DNA of 64,000 bases from assembly GCA_024635455.1 (NCBI GenBank), contig JAGXIU010000003.1:226446-290445 (forward strand), written 5' to 3'. The stretch's first letter is position 1; every line of letters begins with the position of its first letter. Made by a program: the position numbers and the translations under genes. Below, piece after piece: positions 55,911-64,000 of the stretch. The notes below the pieces were generated by a model, which saw nothing but the letters and a program-made list of their open reading frames with translations, was not told the DNA's origin and ran no database searches. This stretch comes from Candidatus Saccharimonadota bacterium (lineage in GTDB: Bacteria > Patescibacteriota > Saccharimonadia > Saccharimonadales > SLHW01).

Positions 55911-56381
55911 CTATTTGTCGTTGACTTCTGTTGTCTCTTTTTCTGCTTCAGCTGGCTTTTCATCAGCTGTTGAAGTTGTCTTTTCTTCGACCTCTTCCAC
56001 TTCTGGTGGCTCTGCATTAATAGCTTCTCTGTCGAAAGCAACACCGCTTAGCCGGGCTGATTTACCTGTTCGATCGCGCATATAGCTTAAATAGTTGCGT
56101 CGAACTTTGCTCCGTTTGACAACTTCAATTTTAGCAACTAAGGGGCTGTGTAATAGAAAGCTCTTTTCGACACCAACACCTCCACTGACACGACGTACAG
56201 TTACTCGACTGGTGTGGCTTTGTTTCCGGGTGATACGAATTACCAAACCTTGAAATATCTGGATACGCTCTTTGTTCCCTTCACGAATTTTCTGATGCAC
56301 CTTAACAGTGTCACCGGGTCGAATGTCCGTGATGTGCGCTTTTTTGTACTTACCTTGGATTTTCTCAATAACTGATTGCAT
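55911..56381 (-). CDS. rplS: 50S ribosomal protein L19 with an acidic C-terminal extension
   Basis: DIRPGDTVKVHQKIREGNKERIQIFQGLVI. Confidence 0.95.
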   Translation of the reverse strand: MQSVIEKIQGKYKKAHITDIRPGDTVKVHQKIREGNKERIQIFQGLVIRITRKQSHTSRVTVRRVSGGVGVEKSFLLHSPLVAKIEVVKRSKVRRNYLSYMRDRTGKSARLSGVAFDREAINAEPPEVEEVEEKTTSTADEKPAEAEKETTEVNDK

Positions 56382-56390
56382 AACGTGGTT

Positions 56391-56419
56391 ATACTATACG
56401 AGAATTGAACGAGGGTCAA
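56391..56419 (-). promoter_or_regulatory. putative promoter TTGACC-17-TAGTAT, with the -10 only 9 nt from the rplS ATG
   Basis: -35 at 56419-56414 and -10 at 56396-56391. Confidence 0.5.
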
Positions 56420-56482
56420 GTATGGATTTAGAGGTTTTATTAAAAAGTACGATAATTAGCAGAATTTGTGTACTATAGATGC

Positions 56483-57628
56483 ATGACGAATAAAAAAGAC
56501 ATTGGGGCACAAGCACTAGATAAACATGCTGAGTTCCGCGGTAAGATTCAAATATCATTGAAAGACAAGATAGACGACATCAGCAAGTTGAGTTTATACT
56601 ACACACCCGGTGTCGGAACAGTGTCTGGATATACGGCAAAACATCCAGATGAAACCCGTAACTATACCTGGCTACACAACAATGTTGCAGTCATCAGCGA
56701 TGGTTCAGCCGTACTTGGCCTCGGAAACATTGGTCCATACGGTGCCCTTCCTGTGATGGAGGGGAAGGCTATGCTCTTTAAGCATTTTGCCGACATTGAT
56801 GCTGTGCCGATTGTACTAAATGTCCATAGCGCTGACGAGATAGTTGCTGCAGTAGAGGCTATCGCACCAAGTTTTGGCGGTATTAACCTTGAAGATATCG
56901 CGGCACCACTTTGTTTTGAGATTGAAGAACGGTTGAAAAAAAGCTTGCCGATTCCCGTATTTCACGATGACCAACATGGTACAGCAATCGTTGTATTGGC
57001 TGGCCTCATTAACGCTATGAAGATTACTGGCCGAAAGCTAGAAGATGCAAAGATTGTTATAGCTGGCGCAGGTGCTGCTGGTACTGCGATTATTAAATTA
57101 CTGCACCAGTATGCTAAGCCGAGTATGTTTGTGGTCGACAGCAAGGGTGTCGTAAGCCCCAACCGGAAGGATTTAAACGAAGGAAAGAAACAGCTCTTAG
57201 AATATACGAATCCGTCAGGCGTTGATGGCTCACTTGAAGACATCATAAAGGGTTCAGATATATTCATCGGCGTATCTCAAGCTGGGCTGCTCACACAAGA
57301 TATGGTCAGGTCTATGCATAAAGATCCGATTATATTCGCAATGGCGAACCCTACACCAGAAATCATGCCAGATGAAGCTAAAAAAGCCGGCGTACGTATA
57401 ATGGCTACGGGACGATCTGACTTCCCAAATCAAATCAATAATGCAGTTTGTTTTCCTGGTGTGTTCCGCGGCGCGCTTGACAACCAAGTCTCAAATATTA
57501 CCGATGCGCACAAGCGTGCAGCTGCAGAAGTAATCGCAAATCTTGTCAAAAATCCTACGCCTGAGTTCATTATCCCAAGTATTATGGACGAACGCCTCGT
57601 ACCTGCTATTGCAGATATTATTCGATAA
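56483..57628 (+). CDS. NAD(P)-dependent malic enzyme (short form, no PTA domain)
   Basis: YTPGVG, GSAVLGLGNIG, IAGAGAAGTA and FAMANPTPE motifs. ATG 56483 is preferred over GTG 56468. Confidence 0.9.
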   Translation: MTNKKDIGAQALDKHAEFRGKIQISLKDKIDDISKLSLYYTPGVGTVSGYTAKHPDETRNYTWLHNNVAVISDGSAVLGLGNIGPYGALPVMEGKAMLFKHFADIDAVPIVLNVHSADEIVAAVEAIAPSFGGINLEDIAAPLCFEIEERLKKSLPIPVFHDDQHGTAIVVLAGLINAMKITGRKLEDAKIVIAGAGAAGTAIIKLLHQYAKPSMFVVDSKGVVSPNRKDLNEGKKQLLEYTNPSGVDGSLEDIIKGSDIFIGVSQAGLLTQDMVRSMHKDPIIFAMANPTPEIMPDEAKKAGVRIMATGRSDFPNQINNAVCFPGVFRGALDNQVSNITDAHKRAAAEVIANLVKNPTPEFIIPSIMDERLVPAIADIIR

Positions 57629-57640
57629 TAGTTAAGCAAT

Positions 57641-59242
57641 CTAACCAATGACTCGATAGACTTCTTCGATAGTTGTTTCGCCAGATAGAACCTTTAGGAC
57701 ACCGTCCTGAAGCATTGTACGCATACCGCTAGCTATGGCTGCTGCTTCAAGCTTTTCGGTTGTAATGCCCTGGGGATGTTGCTCAAGCACCTGGCGCAGT
57801 TGATCAGATATCGTAAACTGCTCTCGTAATGGAATCTGGCCTCGGTAGCCATATGGGTTTTCTTCAGATGAGCCGGCACGATATAGTGTGATGTTTTGCA
57901 TGTCTGGTCGCTGAATATTCGTAGGTAACGAATCGATGACACGCTGTAAACTTGCTCGTGTTGTCTCATCTGGCTGGTACGCGACTTTGGTTGCGTCGTC
58001 GAGCCGGCGAACAAGTCGCTGTGCCATGACTAAGCGAATTGATGTCACAAATAGAGGATTCTTCCCGATGACATCTGCCATTCGTGTAAGGGCGGCTGCA
58101 GCGCTGGAAGCGTGAAAGGTTGATAAGACTAAGTGGCCAGTCAATGCAGCTTGGAGGGCGGTTTGTGCCGTATCGAGGTCGCGTATTTCTCCTACCATGA
58201 TAATGTCAGGGTCAAGCCGTAGCGTTGCACGGAGACTTTCTGCGAAGTCAACATCTTTTGATGACTTTGTTTTTATCGGTATTTGCGTAATACCATCTAA
58301 TTGGTACTCAACTGGGTCCTCAAGGGTGATTATTTTCCGCTGTGGCGTGTTCAACGAGTTAAGCATAGAGTAGAGCGTTGTAGTCTTACCCGATCCGGTC
58401 GGCCCAACAACCAGTACTAACCCGCTCGGACGACTTATAATGCCATCTACTACTTGCCGCTCCTGAGTAGACAAGCTTAGACTGTCGAGATTATACATAT
58501 CTGGACGCATATTAAATAATCGCATGACCACGTCCATACCGTGGATAGTCTGGACCGTCTCCAGTCGAACGTTAACTTTGACTTGTGAGTTATCTGCCAA
58601 ACGCACATCTTGGGTTATGTGACCCTGCTGGGCGTAATCTGCCGCGGTAGATACATTACCGGCACTCGCTATAGTTGATAAGAGTGGACGATATTTTTCT
58701 CGCGTTATATGAGCGATTGGCTGAAGGACCCCATCAATTCTAAAGCGAATATCGGCCTTCTCTCGTTTAGTTTCGAGATGTATGTCTGACGCACCTAGTT
58801 TGTGCGCCTGTTGGACTAAGTAGCCCAACATATCGTCAGAACGAATCGTATCCAATGTTGCTGAGACGTTACGTATCAGATCTTCGCTACCAGCGTTATT
58901 CAATGTAATATCTTGATACTCGACTTTCTTTGGAGGGTCGTAGAGTTTCATATATTCTCTATAGCCAGCGTCTGAAATCAATGCAAAAGAAATACGTTGA
59001 TCGAGAAACTCGTGCTTCAAGGCTTCCATAGTCTGCTTGGAGGTCGTATTGGTAACACCAAAAGTTATTGCATGCTGGTCAGCGTATAGTGGAATTACCC
59101 GAGCTTTATAAAGAACGTCATTCGGCAACAATTCAGGATAAAGGTGCTTGTTTTGGTCAGTAGTGTTGGCATACTGAAGTCCAAGAATTGATGCTCGCCG
59201 TTGCGTTGCCTGCTCTTCATCATAGCGTTGATCTTTGCTCAT
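57641..59242 (-). CDS. pilB: GspE/PilB-family type IV pilus (or type II secretion) assembly ATPase
   Basis: GPTGSGKTTT Walker A, an Asp box, and Walker B DPDIIMVGEIRD. 533 aa. Confidence 0.9.
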   Translation of the reverse strand: MSKDQRYDEEQATQRRASILGLQYANTTDQNKHLYPELLPNDVLYKARVIPLYADQHAITFGVTNTTSKQTMEALKHEFLDQRISFALISDAGYREYMKLYDPPKKVEYQDITLNNAGSEDLIRNVSATLDTIRSDDMLGYLVQQAHKLGASDIHLETKREKADIRFRIDGVLQPIAHITREKYRPLLSTIASAGNVSTAADYAQQGHITQDVRLADNSQVKVNVRLETVQTIHGMDVVMRLFNMRPDMYNLDSLSLSTQERQVVDGIISRPSGLVLVVGPTGSGKTTTLYSMLNSLNTPQRKIITLEDPVEYQLDGITQIPIKTKSSKDVDFAESLRATLRLDPDIIMVGEIRDLDTAQTALQAALTGHLVLSTFHASSAAAALTRMADVIGKNPLFVTSIRLVMAQRLVRRLDDATKVAYQPDETTRASLQRVIDSLPTNIQRPDMQNITLYRAGSSEENPYGYRGQIPLREQFTISDQLRQVLEQHPQGITTEKLEAAAIASGMRTMLQDGVLKVLSGETTIEEVYRVIG

Positions 59243-59302
59243 ATTGCTTCAGTATAACTGCTTATGCTACGTGATGCTATGATTTTCGCTATACTTAAAC
59301 AT

Positions 59303-59818
59303 ATGACGTCTGCAAAAAAACTACCAATTTATGTAATAATGCATGATATTCGAAGTACCCATAACGTCGGCTCTGTCCTTAGAACAGCAGAAGGTTTGGG
59401 TATTGAGCATGTTTACATGAGTGGCTATACGCCGTATCCAAAAGGGCACTCTGGTGATATACGGCTTCCTCATATAGCACATAAGAATCATGAAGCCATC
59501 CGCAAGACCGCGCTAGGGGCGGAAAATACGGTGCGCTGGAGCTACGAACCATCAATCAAAACTTGTATTGATTACCTAAAGCGGGAAGGCGTTACTATAG
59601 TTGGCCTGGAACAGGCCACGCAAGCCAAGCAACTACATACATATACGCCAGATAAACCGATTGCTCTCATCATTGGCAACGAAGTCTCTGGGCTTGATCA
59701 GAAAATCATGGATCAGTGTGACACGATAGTAGAAATCCCAATGCTTGGGCAAAAAGAATCATACAATGTCAGTGTTGCTACGGCTATGGCCCTTCACTGG
59801 TTTCGCTACGGCAATTAG
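59303..59818 (+). CDS. SpoU/TrmH-family RNA 2'-O-methyltransferase
   Basis: IRSTHNVGSVLRTAEG, GNEVSGL and ESYNVSVATAMAL motifs. The start could also be ATG 59264. Confidence 0.85.
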   Translation: MTSAKKLPIYVIMHDIRSTHNVGSVLRTAEGLGIEHVYMSGYTPYPKGHSGDIRLPHIAHKNHEAIRKTALGAENTVRWSYEPSIKTCIDYLKREGVTIVGLEQATQAKQLHTYTPDKPIALIIGNEVSGLDQKIMDQCDTIVEIPMLGQKESYNVSVATAMALHWFRYGN

Positions 59819-59854
59819 CATGGTATAGTAAGTATTACTGATAACATTATAAAT

Positions 59855-60769
59855 ATGACAAAACAAAAAACATCAGCCCATAAAAAAAGACAGGGCCAAC
59901 ACCACAAAAAAACAAAGCGATACAACTCGTCCTACTGGCCATACATTCCAGTGATATTACTTATTTTTAGTATGTTCGCATTTGCGTTTGTGCGGAGCCC
60001 ATCACAGGCAAATGTTCTTGCCTTTGCGACCGAAATGAGTCCGAATAATTTACTAACTATCACGAATCAACACCGGGCAAGTAACGATGGTCAACCGCTA
60101 CAGATAAATTCAAAACTTACTGAAGCCGCTCAGCGCAAAGCGCAAGACATGGCTCAACGAAACTATTGGTCGCATACAACGCCAGACGGAGAGCAACCTT
60201 GGGTATTCGTCGATCAAGTAGAGTACCGTTACATTAAAGCTGGTGAAAACCTCGCTTACGGCTTCCTGACAAGTGAGCAGACCATTAATGGCTGGATGAA
60301 TAGCCCATCCCACCGAGAAAATATGCTAGATAATAGCTTCAGTGAAGTCGGGTTTGGCTTCGTAAACGCTGTTGACTATCAAAATTCTGAGGCTGAAACA
60401 ATCGTAGTGGCAATGTACGCACAGCCGCTAGATAATACAAATCTAGCTCAGGCTGATGACCCCGTGGAGAATGAACCAATAGCAGCTCCGAGTATATCTA
60501 TGGAGGTTCCGGCAAATACTTCCGATGTGCAGGCTGTGACTCGACTAGAGTCCATCATTGGCGAGCGTTTTGCCTGGGCAACATTCGGGCTCGGCATACT
60601 CAGTGGCGGCGCTGCATCTGGAATGTTAATCTCACACGGTATTCGTTTACGTAAATTCTTGCAAAAAGGCGGTGACTTCATTATGCATCACCCGATGCTC
60701 GATGTTTGCCTAGCTTCACTTCTACTGCTGACTGCTTTCATGGCCGATAAAGTCGGCTATATCATCTAG
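59855..60769 (+). CDS. membrane-anchored CAP/SCP (PR-1-like, YkwD-type) domain protein
   Basis: N-terminal TM segment, then a CAP domain (YWSHTTPDG...GENLAYGF...INGWMNSPSHRENML), then C-terminal hydrophobic segments. Confidence 0.75.
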   Translation: MTKQKTSAHKKRQGQHHKKTKRYNSSYWPYIPVILLIFSMFAFAFVRSPSQANVLAFATEMSPNNLLTITNQHRASNDGQPLQINSKLTEAAQRKAQDMAQRNYWSHTTPDGEQPWVFVDQVEYRYIKAGENLAYGFLTSEQTINGWMNSPSHRENMLDNSFSEVGFGFVNAVDYQNSEAETIVVAMYAQPLDNTNLAQADDPVENEPIAAPSISMEVPANTSDVQAVTRLESIIGERFAWATFGLGILSGGAASGMLISHGIRLRKFLQKGGDFIMHHPMLDVCLASLLLLTAFMADKVGYII

Positions 60770-60774
60770 AACGA

Positions 60775-63700
60775 TTATTGCAGCTTAACGTTTTCGCTTC
60801 CGGCAATTTCTGCAAGTTGCTCTATGACTGATTCATCTGGCTGTATATCCATCGGTAGCTTGACGATTTGTTTATTCGAAGATTCGCCGAGCACAAACAC
60901 TGTTTCTGTGCTGCCTGGATGAGTGTCGATAACTTTTTTTAGATTAAGCAATAGGTCTTGATCAGTTGTGTCGAATATACGCACGTACAATCGCGGTGGC
61001 TTATCAGACTTTTCTTGTGTAGCCTTGTCCGTCTTTGTTTGATTCGCTTTGCTAACTTTAGGGGTTTTTTTACGTTTACCGGTTGACTGGTATTCTTGAG
61101 CCTGGTCATAGGTTACCTCACGAGCCTCATCAACAATACATTTGACTGTAGGCATTTCATTACCTTCACGATCATAACCGTCAACCTTACCCGTGATAAT
61201 AACAACTCGGTCACGTTCCCATATTCCAATAGTCTGTTGGTATGCGCCAGGAAATATTACTGCTTCAATCTCGCCAGTACCATCATCTATTTTTGCAAAA
61301 GCCATCTTTTGACCTTTTTTGGTTGTAATCTCTCGAAACTCCTGGATTGCGCCACCAACTTTAACTGATTTTTTATGATGCCCCGTTTCAAGCTCGGCAA
61401 TTGGAATTGTTTGCTCGGAGAGAATGTCCTTGAACGATTCTAATGGATTCTGAGATATGTAAATACCAAGCAGCTCACGCTCCCAAAGTAATTGCTCTCT
61501 CACTGAGATGTCTATAAAATCGGCATTTAGGGACAGTGTGCCTTTGGCCGAAGACTCACCTGCTTGACTAGCTCCAAATAAATCTGTTTGACCACTAAGC
61601 TTTTGCTTCTGAATCCGTGCAGTATAGGCGAGCAAAATATCGATGTTGTCTAGTAATTGCGCCCTATTGCCGAACCGATCAAACGCTCCTGCCTTTATTA
61701 AACTTTCAATCGTTTTACGATTTGCAACTTTAGTGCTTACGTTTGAGAAGAAATCCTCTATCGTGTTGAATGGATTTTCTTTTCGTACAGCGATAATTTC
61801 TTCGACTGCAGCAGTACCGACGTTCTTTATCGCATTCATGCCAAAACGAATTTGTTTACTATTTGGTACGACTGAGAATTCGACAAACGACTCGACAACA
61901 TCAGGCGGCAAAACCTCCATATCCATATGCTGGCATTCTGCTATCTCGATAGCTAAGCGATCCGTATCGTCATAGTCACTCGTCATCAAGGCAGCCATGA
62001 ATGCTGATGGGTAGTTTGCTTTAAGATATGCTGTCCAATAAGCGATCAATGCGTAACAGGCTGCGTGTGATTTATTAAAACAGTAAGCGGCAAAGTCTTC
62101 TAGTTGCTTCCAGAACAGTTCCATTTCTTTTTTATCAGCTCCGGAGACCGAGACAGCTCCCTCGATAAACTCTACCTTCATCTTATTTAGTACTTCAGGA
62201 ATTTTCTTAGCAATACCTTTGCGTAATGTGTCGGCCTGGCCACCAGTAAATCCGCACAAGTCCTTGCTGATCTGCATAACTTGCTCTTGATAAACAAGGA
62301 CACCGTAAGTGTTTTTTAGAGCTTCTTTCATCTTCGGGTGTGGATATTCGATTTTTTTCTCGCCATGTTTACGAGCAATAAAGTCATCAATAAACTGCAT
62401 CGGCCCTGGTCGATAGAGTGCAACCATAGCAACGATATCTTCGAATACTGATGGTTTTAATTCTTTGAGATAGCGCTTCATGCCAGCTGACTCAAGCTGA
62501 AATACACCCGTCGTATCCCCGCTACCGAGTAACTGAAAAGTTTTTTTATCCTTCAGCGGGATTTCATCAACCTGAATATCCTTACCGTGGACCTTCTTAA
62601 TGATACGTAGTGCGTTCTTAACGATTGTCAGGTTGGATAGCCCGAGAAAGTCCATCTTAAGTAAACCGAGTTCTTCGACGTGATCCATTGGATACTGCGT
62701 TGAAACGACGCCTTTTTGGGCCATCTCCAATGGTGTAAAGTTTGTTATTTCATCAGGTGCAATTACCACACCTGCTGCGTGCACGCCGTGGTTTCGAACA
62801 GTGCCCTCAAGCTGCATCGCAAGATCAAATACTCTTTTTGATTGCTGGTTATTTTCATACTCACGTGCCATATCATCGTCATCAGCAATACTTTGCTTGA
62901 GTGGTATGTGTCGACCCTGAACTGGAGCCGGTATCATCTTAGCTAGGCGATCAGCTTCTGCATATGGAATCTCGAGTACACGTGAAACGTCTCGAACCGC
63001 GTTACGTGCAAACATTCTGCCAAACGTAACAATATTTGCGACTTTATCTTTACCGTATTTATCTACACAATATTGTATTACTTCATTGCGCCTGGTATCT
63101 TGAATATCAATATCAATATCAGGCATGCTGATTCGATCTGGGTTCAAAAACCGTTCAAACAGCAAATCGTGCTTGAGGGGGTCTAGCTCGGTTATACCAA
63201 GTGCATAGGCGATTATTGAGCCGGCAGCCGACCCTCTTCCGGGACCAAATACGATACCGCGATTTTTTCCCCAGGCAATAAAGTCCCAAATGATAAGAAA
63301 GTAGGCGTTGAAACCCATATGATCGATGATCCCAAGCTCATATTCTGCTCGCTCTTGGACATCGTTTGACAGTAGCTTTTTTTGCTCAGTTAGTGTTTTC
63401 CCGCCAGTTCCATATCGCTCCGCTAATCCCGCGTAGACAAGTTCATCAAGATATGACTTTTCATCGTAGCCCTTCGGAACTTCAAAGTGAGGAATCAAAA
63501 TACTGCCTAGATCAAGCTCTAGGTTACACCTATCAGCAATCACCCGAGTGTTTCGCACTACTTCCGGGTGCTCTGTGCCCCACCGCTCTATTATCTCCTG
63601 AGGAGATGTCACATGCAGCGGGAATTCTTTTAGGCTCATGCGTTTTGTTTCAGACAAATAAGAACCCGTGCCGACGCACAACAGCACCTCGTGAGCCTCC

Positions 63701-64000
63701 TGATCTTCGTGCTTCAGATAGTGTGCGTCTGAAGTAACAACTGCTGGTATTTCTAATTCTTCAGAGAGTTTCAGCACCTGCTCATTAATATCTTGTTGCT
63801 CCTGGTTATGCATTGGGTTTTTTGGATGACCGTGGTCTTGCACCTCGAGGTAATACCTATCACCGAATACTTTCTTGTACCATTTTGCAGTCTTCTTGGC
63901 TCCAGCGTAGTCATTATTCTTTAGTGCAAAGCCTATTTCACTACCCATGCAGGCGCTCAACACAATAATGCCTTCGCTGTATTTCTCTAAGAGCTCTCGG
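60775..64000 (-). CDS. dnaE: DNA polymerase III alpha subunit, 5'-partial (N-terminus beyond the window end)
   Basis: The reading frame stays open to the window edge (…RELLEKYSEGIIVLSACMGSEIG). PHP, palm, fingers and OB regions are recognisable. Confidence 0.95.
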   Translation of the reverse strand, partial: RELLEKYSEGIIVLSACMGSEIGFALKNNDYAGAKKTAKWYKKVFGDRYYLEVQDHGHPKNPMHNQEQQDINEQVLKLSEELEIPAVVTSDAHYLKHEDQEAHEVLLCVGTGSYLSETKRMSLKEFPLHVTSPQEIIERWGTEHPEVVRNTRVIADRCNLELDLGSILIPHFEVPKGYDEKSYLDELVYAGLAERYGTGGKTLTEQKKLLSNDVQERAEYELGIIDHMGFNAYFLIIWDFIAWGKNRGIVFGPGRGSAAGSIIAYALGITELDPLKHDLLFERFLNPDRISMPDIDIDIQDTRRNEVIQYCVDKYGKDKVANIVTFGRMFARNAVRDVSRVLEIPYAEADRLAKMIPAPVQGRHIPLKQSIADDDDMAREYENNQQSKRVFDLAMQLEGTVRNHGVHAAGVVIAPDEITNFTPLEMAQKGVVSTQYPMDHVEELGLLKMDFLGLSNLTIVKNALRIIKKVHGKDIQVDEIPLKDKKTFQLLGSGDTTGVFQLESAGMKRYLKELKPSVFEDIVAMVALYRPGPMQFIDDFIARKHGEKKIEYPHPKMKEALKNTYGVLVYQEQVMQISKDLCGFTGGQADTLRKGIAKKIPEVLNKMKVEFIEGAVSVSGADKKEMELFWKQLEDFAAYCFNKSHAACYALIAYWTAYLKANYPSAFMAALMTSDYDDTDRLAIEIAECQHMDMEVLPPDVVESFVEFSVVPNSKQIRFGMNAIKNVGTAAVEEIIAVRKENPFNTIEDFFSNVSTKVANRKTIESLIKAGAFDRFGNRAQLLDNIDILLAYTARIQKQKLSGQTDLFGASQAGESSAKGTLSLNADFIDISVREQLLWERELLGIYISQNPLESFKDILSEQTIPIAELETGHHKKSVKVGGAIQEFREITTKKGQKMAFAKIDDGTGEIEAVIFPGAYQQTIGIWERDRVVIITGKVDGYDREGNEMPTVKCIVDEAREVTYDQAQEYQSTGKRKKTPKVSKANQTKTDKATQEKSDKPPRLYVRIFDTTDQDLLLNLKKVIDTHPGSTETVFVLGESSNKQIVKLPMDIQPDESVIEQLAEIAGSENVKLQ

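Noticed and set aside
1-64000. CRISPR arrays, transposases or IS ends, integrases, prophage or defence-system genes, and rRNA
   Set aside because: Reading both strands, I found no direct-repeat/spacer arrays, no terminal inverted repeats flanking the orphan ORFs, and no recombinase-, nuclease- or NTPase-type defence signatures. Every large ORF is assignable to housekeeping families.

Overview
This is a dense core-genome window, almost entirely on the minus strand, from a small-genome bacterium. The lineage guess is a Patescibacteria/CPR, Saccharibacteria-like organism. That guess is inference only, based on the missing L30, the missing adk/map in the spc operon, and charged tails on many core proteins. 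TGA is a normal stop here (rpsE TGA overlaps the rplO ATG), so the standard code 11 applies.

Content, from high to low coordinate on the minus strand:
- dnaE (5'-truncated by the window edge), pilB, rplS, rnhB-yraN, nusA and clpC-orf-radA.
- tyrS, a SAM methyltransferase, recG, a PLC-like protein, rsmD, tRNA-Leu, hisS and tig.
- Two acidic orphan ORFs, then clpP, rpoB-rpoC and rpsL-rpsG-orf92-fusA-tuf.
- rpsJ, then a 1 kb insert, then the rplC...rplQ S10/spc/alpha supercluster, rplM-rpsI and orf89-trpS-rluD-holB.
- A TPR protein, tRNA-Thr and tRNA-Tyr.
- Plus-strand genes are PBP1A, an M1 aminopeptidase, malic enzyme, trmH, a CAP-domain membrane protein and one orphan ORF inside the S10 operon.
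- I found no rRNA, CRISPR, transposase or phage genes.

Main second-look items:
1. A compact trpL/pheM-style attenuator candidate upstream of orf89-trpS. It has a promoter, a leaderless 23-codon peptide with one Trp codon, three mutually exclusive helices and a U7 terminator.
2. Canonical structural Cys/zinc sites are replaced in RNAP beta-prime (both sites), L36, S14, DNA polymerase III delta-prime and PilB.
3. Near-perfect CIRCE (HrcA) operators lie upstream of both clpP and clpC, each with the -35 box in its spacer.
4. The S10 operon is split between rpsJ and rplC by an antisense orphan ORF and a new promoter.
5. More than a dozen genes show a -10 box, then 6-10 nt, then the start codon (leaderless architecture).

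All folding, alignment and promoter calls were made by eye.
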